From contig CAJINV010000011.1 of assembly GCA_905178155.1 (NCBI GenBank), forward strand, positions 2,528,485-2,592,484: DNA of 64,000 bases, read 5' to 3'. The notes under the pieces were generated by a model, which made no database searches, was not told the DNA's origin, and saw only the letters and a program-made list of their open reading frames with translations. This document shows positions 37,042 through 48,477 of this stretch, in pieces; the stretch's first letter is position 1, and each line of letters begins with the position of its first letter. This stretch comes from Amoebophrya sp. A120 (lineage: Eukaryota; Protista; Dinoflagellata). Made by a program: the position numbers and the translations under genes.

Positions 37042-37888
37042 GGTCTACTCTTTAGCTCCTGCAGCCAGAGCCAACCTGAACCTTCCACTTCCTTTGTTGC
37101 TTGGACCTGTTCGTCGTCAGGGTTCGACGACCAGTCGGCGTCGCGGTTTGCAGGCCGAGGCTCTCGCGACGTACTAGAGTCATCTTGCATACTAGCATGA
37201 GATGTTTCTGTTTGGTAACAAACGTATCATTTTCGTTGTCGTGTACGTATCGGTGTGGTGGAAAAATGGAAGAACGAAGAGACGATGAGACGAGGAAGAT
37301 GAATGGAGGAACTTGCTGCACTTTTACAAGAAATTCGGTGTACTGAAAAACTTTAGATCGTAGACGGCTACAGAGCAAGGTTGGCACAGCAGTTAGGTTA
37401 CTTTAAATTTTCCAAGTGTGATCGGATAAGTGGCTGGTGGCGTCTAAACGTCCACTTTTGCTTGTTCAATCTCGACTATGCTTCCCCCATCCCCAGAACA
37501 CTCAAATTCTTCAGTCTAGTACCAGGCATATATGCAAGGTAATGTGGTCCGGAAACGGATCGACCTTCAATCTAGGTGTCGCAGTCGCTTAACGAAGACT
37601 TGCTGTTTCTGTCACGAAGACTGACAGAGGCATCAAAAGTTCGCTTTGGTAAAAAAACCATCCAATTTTCGTTCGCTTTACTGTGAGTGTCCACGTCGCT
37701 TGTCGTTCGATGCGTTAAGATCTATGTATGTAGTCTAAATCATAAAAGTACTTTATCAACAGGAACATCTGTTCCGAGATAAGTTGAGTCGTTGCCCGCG
37801 AGCCCTAAAGAGGTGGATGAGGCAATCGCATAATGTAGAAAAAGTGGTTGGGGAGATTAGACGTAAAAAAATCTCCGCTAGTAGTACT

Positions 37889-40563
37889 TCACAACTCTGC
37901 GCCTCCAGGACCCGCTCCTCCCTTTTTTCGCATCAAGAATGCAGCCAGCATTGTACCGGTGAGAACCATGCCTGCGCCCGCAGCGAGAAGCTTCTTGTCG
38001 ACGCTGAGCCCGAAAAGCTGAAGCTTGCCGTCTAGAGCACCGCCCAGAGAAGTGGACTGCGTTCCTCCACTACTTTGTCCCCCGCGGCCCATCAGTAGAC
38101 CAGTGGAGCTACTGCTTCCCTCGTCTTCCGTCGCAGCGGTGGTCGCGGTGCCACTCTTGGACGTTGTACTTGCGGTCACGCTTGTAGTTCCGGCCTTGTC
38201 CTTCTCTGCCTGCGCCCGCAAGGCGGCGGCAATCCCATCGGGGTCATCCTTCAGCTGGTCAAGGTACTTCTGTTTTTTCTCGTTCAAAGCTTGGAAATCC
38301 AGCATGTTCTTCTTCGCCAGTACCTCCCGACACCGGACCACCTTCTCCTTCGCTTTCTTGCTCGTGTGCACCGCGAGACCCAGTTTCCGCTTGTCTTCGT
38401 CGAAGTCGCAGACGAGCAGAAAAAAGGCGTCCACCACCTCACTGCCGTACTCCTCTTCTAAATCGAAGACCGCGGACTGGAGCTTGATGGACTGCGCGGC
38501 GAATGTCGGGTCCTCCTGCATCTGACGCTCCGATGTCAGTTATGCAATACAAATTTTATTTCCCGCACACGACGTAGTACAAAATGCATGAAAAATTTCG
38601 CCAGCTGCTGAGACGAGCATGCAACTTGTCGTGCGAAACAGGTGGATTCAAGGCAAGCTTTGTCATGCAAATGAAACGGCATTTGCAATGTACGTGTACG
38701 GGATATTATTTCCTGTGGATATCACTTCCGTCCAGGACATCAGCTCCGGGTTGCACAGAATCGCCCAGTAGCCCTCGGAAAACCTAGAAAAAGTTTGATT
38801 TTTTGATTTGCATGAATAGGTACACAGGAGACGCGATAGTGAAGATGAAACATCAATGTTCACGTTCGTACAGGGTCGCGGCTCAGCCTCAGCAGCACAG
38901 CTATGATGGTGATGCAAATTTATTCAACAAAAAAAGACCAAAAATGTCTTTTTGTTTTTATACTCCTCCACGCGTTCGGAAATCGTTTTCGACGCGTCTC
39001 TGGCTTTCCTTCGTTCCGATTGATTCTGCGGTCTGGTCATGTTGCACACGCCGTCGCCGTCCTGGTCTATCGCCGCGAGTTCGGGCACCTCGCTGCTCTT
39101 CACTACGTCCGCGTTGCAGCACAAAACCAAATGCTCCTGGTCTTCCGCGTCCTTGTAGAACTTTGCCAGGTAAGGCGTCCGCGCGTCGACGTTCGGCAGG
39201 ATGAAGGAGATGATGTAAACTTCCTTACTCGTGCTGTCGGCGTCGGTGTCGCCAGCAGTAGTACTCGGATTGCTTGTCGCGGAACTTGGGTAAGCGCGGG
39301 CCTGGTAGAAATTCATATCAATCTGGAGGTGACATGACATGACTGTGAGAGCTGCACTATTTCTAATATAGCGAGATGCATGATCATAAAGTCCCCACGC
39401 TCCAAATAAATTGTGAAGAACGTCAGAAGTTCAAGTTCTGTCCTGCAGAACTTCCCACTGGTGCTGGTGGTTCTACTTCTACCGCAAATGAAATAAGTAT
39501 ATTTCACGTATTTGTATACCGAGTAATGACATTGTTGCGCCCGGTGCATTATCTGCACGCTCAGGCGCCCCTCGGGAAGAAACTCCAGGGATTGGCGGTA
39601 GCCGCCCATGACGTCCTTCACCCGACCGGTCCACTTCCCTTGTATCTTGCGCAGAAACAGTCCAGTCTTTGCCAGGGACACGTTTTGACGCAGCACCTCG
39701 CCGTCGGCTTCGCGCTCACACTGAAGAAGTTTTACGTGCGTATTGAAGATTCTCGACGATTTGACTTTCCGTTCCTTAGGTTCGTTCTTGCAAGAAATCC
39801 AAATTCAGAATTGGACCACTAAGCACGGCCTGACATGCTAGGCATTTTTTCGGTCAATAAGTCACAAAGAAAAAGGATTCATACGTGTGTAAGCCCGATG
39901 CGCCCAACCTCCAGTATTTCTTCGTAGCGTTCCCACTTGAGTAAAATCGTCGCTTTATGTGAGTAGCCCTTAAACCAGTCGTCTTTCAGCCTTATTGCTG
40001 TCTCTGCATCTGGTTGCATTTTTCGTTTTTCCGGTAGGGGTAGTTCCGCATCCGCGTCGCGCATGCGCATAATTTTATCACGCTCTATTTGTGCACCGAC
40101 GAGGACGACATAATATTTTACATGCAAAAGCAAAAGGCGTCATCTCCTCGCTCCGCTGTCATACATACAACGTGGGTGAAAATTTCTCACCAACAACATC
40201 ATCTTCATCTCGCAAAGAACATCATGAATGTCAGACGAGAACAAGAAGAAGCTAAGCATGAAAAATTGCTTCAATACCTTCCATTGCCTTGTCGTATTGC
40301 TTCAAATTGATATACGCTTGTGCCCGGTTTGAATGCAGTAGATACACCGTCTCCTCCTTGTTGTCATTCGCAACTCCTATGGCTTCGGTGTACTTTTCTA
40401 TCGCCTTCTCGTAGTTTTTCTGCTTCATCCAGTCATTACCCTCGCGTTTCAGGGAACTGGAGGTGGGCTTGCCCGAAGATCCGGTTGCACCATTGGGCAT
40501 CGGCGCAGTGCTCGAGCTGGCCGGAGTCGGCTCGCTCATCTGCGGTCGTGCTGGTGGATCCAT
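37889..40563 (-). CDS. TPR-repeat protein with C-terminal transmembrane anchor, multi-exon
   Basis: LKREGNDWMKQKNYEKAIEKYTEAI, SNRAQAYINLKQYDKAME|DAETAIRLKDDWFKGY (STI1-type clamp TPR); C-terminal LLAAGAGMVLTGTMLAAFLMRKK. Confidence 0.75.
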
Positions 40564-41542
40564 GGCTGTAGCAATAAAGAGCTCTGGCAGCTAAAGCTCG
40601 TCTGTGCAGAATGCCGCCGTCGTGGCTGGCGTTGTTATCAGCACAAACAAACAAGAGACGCCGACATTAATTAGAGCTGTTTCTGTCGTCGTTGTTCAGG
40701 AACTGTGAACCAGGAGGGCTGCATTTTTTTGCGACAAGGTCTTTCTTCCGAGCTGTAAACAAGCGAAAGGTGGCTCTTGCTTGACGAGTGTGATGACACT
40801 AAGCCAAACGTTGCGATCGTTGAGTACGCGATGATGAATGATGGACCAAAATGAAATTTCTACAGGAGCATTTTCATTTTTAGCTATTGGATTTCAATCC
40901 AACATCCGTCGCAAACATTGGAAAAAAAAACAGAAAACAAATTACTAGCAAATAGAAGTCCTCACTGTGAAGCAGATGATAGTTTTACTAGTTTGTGGCT
41001 TCTAATGCTAACTTGTCATGTCCTTCTAGGTACCAATGCGTTAATACCCAAAAAAACTAAAGATCGAGACTGGCAGTTGAAAGTGCTTGCGCCACAGCAG
41101 TTACCACAGTCGCGATCATCTTTTCGTCGTGCGTGTGGTGGTGATCTCTGATCTTCTGCATCGAAGAGTGCCACGCCAAATTCGTTCGTCACAAATTGTT
41201 GCAGTTGCTCATCGTCAAACTCAGTACGCAGAAATGCTCTTCTTGATATCAAGGCGACGCAACAAAAATTGAAACAAACAGCACCAGAATAAGTGAACCG
41301 GGCTTGTTTTTGAGAAATCTTTTCCGCCAGCGGGGTCTGCATCTACTGCGGAAGACAAATCCGGGTCTGCTCACACATCTTCGAGCGGAGAAAATTTGCT
41401 TTTCTTTCTTGCACAGGAATTGCAATGTAAAAATCAAAACGTCCTTTTTGTCTTTCTGCCGCGTAGTTGTTTCAGTTCTATTTATTTCCGGTATATCAGA
41501 GATGACAAGGGAGATGTTCATCACCTCTACCAGCATATTAAA

Positions 41543-44500
41543 CTAAAGCTCCACTTCTTCAACATCTTCAATTTCAACTTTAACCCCCGGAGCCGGATGC
41601 GAATCATCGTGGTGCTCATGATCCTCCCTCGATGATCCCTCCTTGTCGTGCTCATGATCCTGCTCCTCATTGCCATGCAATCCACCGTCGTCACTATTTT
41701 CATCCGAATTTTCATCCTCATCCTCGTCGTAGTCCTCATCGTAGTCCTTAATCCAGTGCAAAAACGTCTCCGCCCGCCCCATAGTCAAAATGGAAATAAA
41801 TACGCAACACATATCTCCAAGTTTCGGTACTCATGACAAACTAAAGTTTGGCCTCGTAGTGTAGTGATCCTGTTTAGCTAGTTCATCAACATCATAGATC
41901 TATCACATCATGGCGATTCGAGCATCACAAAGTCCACAAAAGGCCTCATGGGGCTCAGCATAAAAAACTTTTTTTTTTAAGCATGCAGATTTGCCGCACG
42001 ATAACCCTAGCAAGGTGGAGACGTTTTTAATAAGTACTCGGGATACCCTCATCGTCATCTTCATCCCAGTCCTCGTCCTCTCCCTCCCCACTGTCGGGGG
42101 GAATTTCCTCGCCCGGTGCGTAGGGCACGAACCCCATCATTTCATCCGGGTCTTTCGACAAGCTCCCTCCCACCTTGTACACGAAATCAGCGAACACCGA
42201 GTGGAAGTAGTAGGACAGTTTTTCCGCCATCTCCTCAATGGTGTAGAACACCAAAGAAGAAGGTTTTTTGTTCAGCGAGTCCATATGTTCCTGAATTTTT
42301 CGTGGAACAACCGCGGCCCCACGACCCTCGCCGGCCGCCGTGTCCGCGGCTTTGTGGTGTTTGTCTTTCGATGAGCTGCTCTTGGTAGATGATAGGGCAC
42401 TACTACTAGAGCCCCCTCTGCCACTTTCGGATCCGTCAGCTCCCGTCGTGCCAGCCGCCTCTTCTATTACAACCGGAGCTCCTTCTAAGACGAGTCGCGT
42501 GTCCTTCCCCTGAAACGGGTGGTCTTTCTCCCTCCACTGCGTGCTGTTGAAGACTGCAAAGGTGACCACGTTCTTCGTGTGCACCGCGACGCCTATCAAA
42601 TGTAAAAGTGTCTGGGTCTGGAAAATTGTAATGCTAAAAGTGAATGATAGACGCGCCGCAATACGCAGCTGTGCATGACAAATTTTGTGGCTGCCATGTC
42701 TTACGTATTCCGCATGGCAAACTGCCTTTTCGCATGACAGTTAATAGGGCTCTTTCGTGCCTATGCAACACAGATTCCCGAGTTGTCATGCCAGGCAAGC
42801 ATGACAAACTTGCATTCTTCCAGACCCAGACATTTTTACATTTCATAACGCCTTGCTCGGAATGGTCGAAGTGTGTCCCGTAGGAACCAATGACGCCACC
42901 GAAGGCAAAGTATTCGTGGGGGTAGAAGTTAGATGTCGAAGTTGATTGGTTCGTCTCGCCAGTAGTTGCAGTTGCATTCGATACACTATGTTGTTGACTA
43001 TCGTCGCTGCTAGTGCTTTTATACAAGTGCTTCTCGAACTCCTCCCCAACCGCCGACGACCGAATCGTGTACTCTGCGAGCCTGGCCGGCGGGGTCACGA
43101 ACCGGATAATCTTGTGCAAAAATTTATGGAACTGTCAGGTTTGAAATCGTCAAAGTTGAAATAGTTTGTCATGCATAAAATGCAACGCAGAAAGTGCCTG
43201 TCTTGCAGAGTAGGCAAGGGGGGCAGATTGTAAGCCTGTTTCGGGGTAGAACTAGAGCTGCTAAAGTAGCACGACAAAAGGCGTCTTCCTTACCCAAACA
43301 GCATGACAAACTGGATTTCGGCTCTACCCAAATTCGTCATGTGCCACTTAGTAACTGGATCGCAACTTTCATCCATTCTCTGCATTACAAGTTATTTCAA
43401 CTTTGTTGATTTCAAACCTGACGCATCCATAAAATTTCGCCTCGTCCGCTACTGTTCTCGGAAGTAGAGGAACGTCGTCCGTGCTGGCACCATCCTCTGA
43501 AGTAGATGCAGGAGTACTACTGCTGACTATGGGGTCGAAATACCTCCGGAAAATCCGAAACGTGGTTTCCTCCAAGCGCTCGCCCTTGTAGACCCGGGAG
43601 GCTATCACCCAGAAAAAAAAGACAGGCAGGGCATATTTGTATTCGCAAAAATTATTAAATCGACAGAATCAATTTGTCATGAGCGAGTCCGTAGCATGCT
43701 GTTTGGGAACAAGATGCGCATTGTCATTTTCTGCGCATTCAATAGTCTTGCATTCCAAGTAGGCCCTCCTGGTGCCACCTGTTTCTTTGTTTTTCTCTGG
43801 GATAGAGCCCGGATACCGCGGCTTTCCCTTCATGGGCTCGTGGTCGCGGCGGACCATGAAAAACTTGTCCCGCGCAACATCGTACAAAATCGCGTCCACG
43901 CACACCATCACCGCCTTTTTCAGCATGTTCGTGTACAACGAGTGCGGAATGCTTTCGGGCGTGACGACCTGCTTCGCGGGGGCCACGGCGAAATTGTGCT
44001 GCTGCTCCGGCGCGGAGTCGTGAAACGCCTTCGGGTTGTCGTAGTGGTGAAAGCGATTGGTGTGGAGTTCAAAGTGCTTCTGTTTGAAGCTGTTCTGCTG
44101 TTGATGTAGTTCGGGATTGTTTTTATCTTCGAATACGTCGTCGTGTTTCACCACCTGCTTTGCATCGAGTTTCCCGAATTCCAGCGGTTCCCAATACCGG
44201 TAAACTTTCTCCAAGTGGTCTTTCAGCCCCCTTTTCACCGCGTTGGTAATCTTGGGGTGGGAAAGATACTCTGTATGCATTGCAAAAGTATTGTATCGCA
44301 CTCGTAGTAATTACATCACAAATTTTATTCCCAGAAGGAAAAATTTGCAATGCTGATTCAGCTGAGCAGGGAGATTTGTCATGCAATATTGCAATTAATA
44401 GTACTACACTAGGACGATATTACTTTTGCACTGCCACTGCATACTCCTCCTCCGAAAACCACTCGTACTCGCTGTGGTACTCGTTCACACTGAGGACGTC

Positions 44501-46033
44501 GTCGAAAGAGTCGTCGTCGCCAAGAATCTCCATGTACACCAAGGTATTCATGGTTTGCGATGGTGTTTTTTCGTCCTGCGCCGACTTGTCGAACCAGGTA
44601 TCGTACGCCCCAATAATCCCCTCCTCGTACGGGATTTTTATCTGAACCAGTTTGTCCTTCGCGGTCTCGTTTTTGTGCTCGACGATGGGCGAAAACTCGT
44701 CCAGTTGGTCCCGTTTGATCACTCGCTGCGTCAAGATGGCCCGGACGTTGCACTCTTGCTCCAATTTCCGCACCGCTGCCTCTTCAAACGACTCCCCGTG
44801 GTGCATCCGCCCGCCGACAAAGCCGAACCAGCCCTTGATGGGCTCGGTGCTGCGCTTCAGCAGGAGGTACTTCTTGCGCTTGGGACTGTACAGCAAGACG
44901 TCCACGCAGGCAATCACGGTCTTTTCCACCATCTCCCGGTACAGCGCGTCTGGGATCCAGTGCGGCGGATGCTCTTCTTGCAGAAGTTCTTTTCGCGAGA
45001 CGAGGGCCGGATCAGGACCTCGCCCGTCCGACAGAGGAGGTTGTACTTGTACATCTGGGACGATATTAACAGAACCAGATTGGGATTCATCTTTCTCAGG
45101 AGGTTCATCTTCCACTTTTTTCACCCGGCTTGTCGCCACCTGCTGGACCATTTCCTCGTTCCCTGCTGCGCCAGGACTTGATGATGGAGTACTTGCTCCT
45201 GCTGCAGCCGCTGAGGCACCATCTTGATCTTCGCTTGTTGTGGAATTACTGTTGGTCTTATTGGCTTCCCCCGCCTCGTCCTCTGGTGCAGCCACCTTAT
45301 GGATGTGTCAGGATCGAAATCGACAAAGTTGAAATGATTTGTCATGCATAAAATGCAGCAGCCTACAAAGCGCCTGGCTTGCAGAGTAGGCAAGTGAGGC
45401 AGATTGTAAGCCTGTTGAGGGGTAGAAATCGAGCTGCTAAAGTAGCATGACAAGAGGCGGCTTCCTTACCCAAACAGCATTACAAACTGGATTGCAGTTC
45501 CACCCCAATTTGTCATGCGCCACTTGAAAACTAGCCGCCAACTGGTATCCGTTTTATGCATCACAAATTCTTTCAACTCTGACGATTTTGAACCTGACAC
45601 TCTCATACACCTCTCTTCTGAAATACTCCCCAAGCGGATGGTCGTCCAGCTCGTCTTCAAGCACGGCTGCCTCCAAACACGTCTCCTGCAGCGACTTGTC
45701 ATCCTTGTAGATGCCGTGCGCGTGATCGGGGATTTGCCGGCGCGGCACGTTGATGATCCCGCGGCGCGTGCATTTCACCGGTATGTTCCTGCCCGGTCGT
45801 TTCGGTTCGCCCAGGTGCCTGTCGTGCACTTCGGGGTTCTCCGAGTAGAAAAACGTAAATTTGCCCCGGGTGGTGGCCGGGACGCGTTTTAGCGCTGCGG
45901 AACTCGGCTGCAGGGCGGAAAGCACGAAGAACAAAGGAACGAGAAAAAAACGAATGACAGGGAGTTCTTGGAACCTCTTGGTTTTGCGGATGTTGGACAT
46001 TTTCTTCCTTTTTGCGTTTGCGGAGAAGAGCAT
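41543..46033 (-). CDS. Secretory-pathway protein with two GDP-mannose-mannosyl-hydrolase-like Nudix domains and an acidic tail
   Basis: N-terminal hydrophobic leader; CVDVLL..KRSTEPIKGWFGFVGGRMHHGESFEEAAVRKLEQE; second copy CVDAIL..RRDHEPMKG..WVIASRVYKGERLEE; exons join across introners; intron about 43620-43826 has unresolved borders. Confidence 0.72.
42594..42847. mobile_element. Introner family C
   Basis: TSD ACGCC; TIR TATCAAATGTAAAAGTGTCTGGGTCTGGAA. Confidence 0.92.
43125..43431. mobile_element. Introner family A
   Basis: TSD AAATT; about 50-bp TIR; removal gives EAKF|LHKI. Confidence 0.92.
44274..44443. mobile_element. Introner family B
   Basis: TATGCA...TGCATA; flanks CTCTG/CTCCT; removal gives SEEE|YLSH. 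Confidence 0.8.
45298..45607. mobile_element. Introner family A
   Basis: TSD CACCT; removal gives RREV|AAPE. Confidence 0.92.
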
Positions 46034-46378
46034 GAATACGAAGCCACTTATTTACTTAGTTGACACCTAGGTGTGGTAGTTCAGATAACGTTCTCGGCAA
46101 GGGGGGGTGAGGATTCGGATTACATTTACAACTACAGCATGAAGATTCCGAAATGAAATACTAAAACAAATCACTCTATCGGACGAATCAGAACACCCGA
46201 GGAACGTAGATTTCAACACAACACCAGCTGGCGCTGATTGCACCTCGGTTCACTTTTGTTCGTCGTGGTCCCGTTCGCGGCGAGTACATCAACACCGTAT
46301 CTTTCATGTTATACCACCGCGCATTTCCATTTGAATGAACCAGCGTGAGGACCACAGAGCGGACTTGCAACTTCGGTT

Positions 46379-47714
46379 TCACGCAATCACGCACTTTTTC
46401 TCGTCAAGATCTTGTTGCGCCCGCCTATGTTCTTCGCTTAGAACAATTATTTCGGACTGCTCGTCCACAGATGGCTGCTTGATGTTCACCGCACCTGCAG
46501 GAGATACTGCTGGCACAGCTCTGAGTTTCGGTATCGCAAGATTTGGACCAGCAGCTGCCCGCTCGCGCGGCGATGAAAGCAGGTTCTTGTTCATCCCACC
46601 AGTCGGAGAACTTCTGCAGCTTAGAGCACCAAACGAGATGTTGACCGGCGACGTAACTTTCTTCATCGCAGCGGGCGGAGAGCTGGGTCGGGCTTTCGGA
46701 ACTACGGCTGCGGGACTATCGAACATGGATAGGTCGCGGTGCGAAAGGACGGTAAAGTCGCTCATTTTTGGTGTAGTTCCATCGTCGTGATGAGAAAAGG
46801 CACGGCGAGATGACGTCGTAAACTTGGATATTTCCACCTTGTTATTTCCGCCTTCATCATTCCGATGAGCCGCTTGTAGGTCCCGGTGCGTATCGTCTCG
46901 ATTCGCGGCAACAAGAAAATTTTCGACCGTTTTAATGCAGGGGCTCTCGTCGAGCGCACGTGCTTCGCTACTGCTTGTCGAGCCGACAGGAACAGAACGC
47001 GGACCCTAGGTGTTTTTACAATGAGAGGATGATCGCGATTTCTTTAGTGCGAGTTGTAATTGCGTACTTCCTCGCCATTCATTGCTACAAATCAGGACTT
47101 TACTAGAGGAAAACTACTCACACATCAGTCGTGCGTGCAATTGACAAACATCTTGGACAACTCCAGCGATTTTTCTGCCTGTGTTTGTTCTAGCGCCAGT
47201 TACCGAAAAACATCAACCTTCACTTACCAGGTGCAGGCGTCGCAGTGGAAGATTTCCAGCGGCCGCTGAGGTTTGACGTGGCGGGCACGCCGGGGGATTG
47301 CTGAAAGAGCGCTTCCCTAGCAGTGTGCTGCGGAGGCAAAAAGCGGAGACAAAAAAATCGGCCGCGAAGAAGAGCCAGCGCGATACGCGACGTGCACGTG
47401 TCACAGCTGAAATAGTCCTCGCTCGCATTTCTCCCTTCATGATATTGTTGTTGTTCCGAAACCAACGAAGAGGTCTAGTTGCAGAATAAGTTGTAAGTGC
47501 AACTCGAGTGAGAAAGTGGCAAATGGTCACAACAACTATGAAAAGAACCTGCACGACCTGCTACTGCTTTCGCAAAGAGCAAGATTATCGCAAATTCACG
47601 ATGTCCTGTCTCGATCTTGCCCGATGCACTGTCGACAACGGATATTACAGCCAAAATCTGTATTATAGCCGCGACTGATGTAAGTGTAAACATGCACATA
47701 CACCACGTAAGCAT
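46379..47714 (-). CDS. Hypothetical membrane protein ending in a CaaX box (5' end unresolved)
   Basis: Hydrophobic segments at 47330-47710; GT-AG intron about 47007-47228 joins LHL|GPRS into ORF 46379-46837; ends KKCVIA*. Confidence 0.45.
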
Positions 47715-48477
47715 GCTTGCACGTACACACGATGGCGATCTTTGATGCTCAGGCAGAATATGAATCTGCCTTCGATGGGAACCAGATCAACACGATTAGT
47801 ACGAAGTGGAACGTCATCAAAGTCACAGCGGAGAATGGACCTGGATACGGACGCACGATCAGCGATCAACGAGGGTGAGAATGGACCTGCATATGACGGA
47901 TCCTGCTTGGAGGAGGATCTTCAAAGCGACGTCTTTTGAATGACTGTGCGCAGAAGCGGTCGCGTCCTTGAACCACGATGGCCCTACTCACTCGGTCGCA
48001 GATGCACGTGGATCGACAGCTTGAAGAAAACCATCAAAACCGGGGTCCTCTTGCCGACAAATCGCCGGCGGATCCTGCGGAGGGTCGGGCGGCAAGTTCC
48101 TCTTACTGAGTTTTCTTGTCTTCTCATTGAGTCAGAAGATTTCTTTGCAACCACTTGTATTCTAAAGCAAAATTTTGTAACGCAGAGGGCGTAGGTGTAC
48201 GAGCTGTTCATCGAGAATTCTCATAATGTAGCCGTTTCATTCTCACTGACACTGCAACCACTCCAGCATTCTTGTTCCTTCTTTTTGTTATAAAATTAGA
48301 CCTCGATCTGCCTGCAACATCTTTGATTTCAAAAACAAAGCCTCATCACTTGCGAAACAGAAACATTCTAAACTCTGTATTCATTTCAGACAGCTAATAC
48401 CCCGTGAAGACTAAAAGCGTCGTCCATCTCCATTGCTATTTTAAGTAATTTGAGACAACCATCCACACAACAAAACT

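Noticed and set aside
36591-37190. Separate 199-aa gene or programmed frameshift upstream of the giant ORF
   Set aside because: Could be an upstream exon through a short intron or a uORF; no slippery site seen and not resolvable without cDNA.
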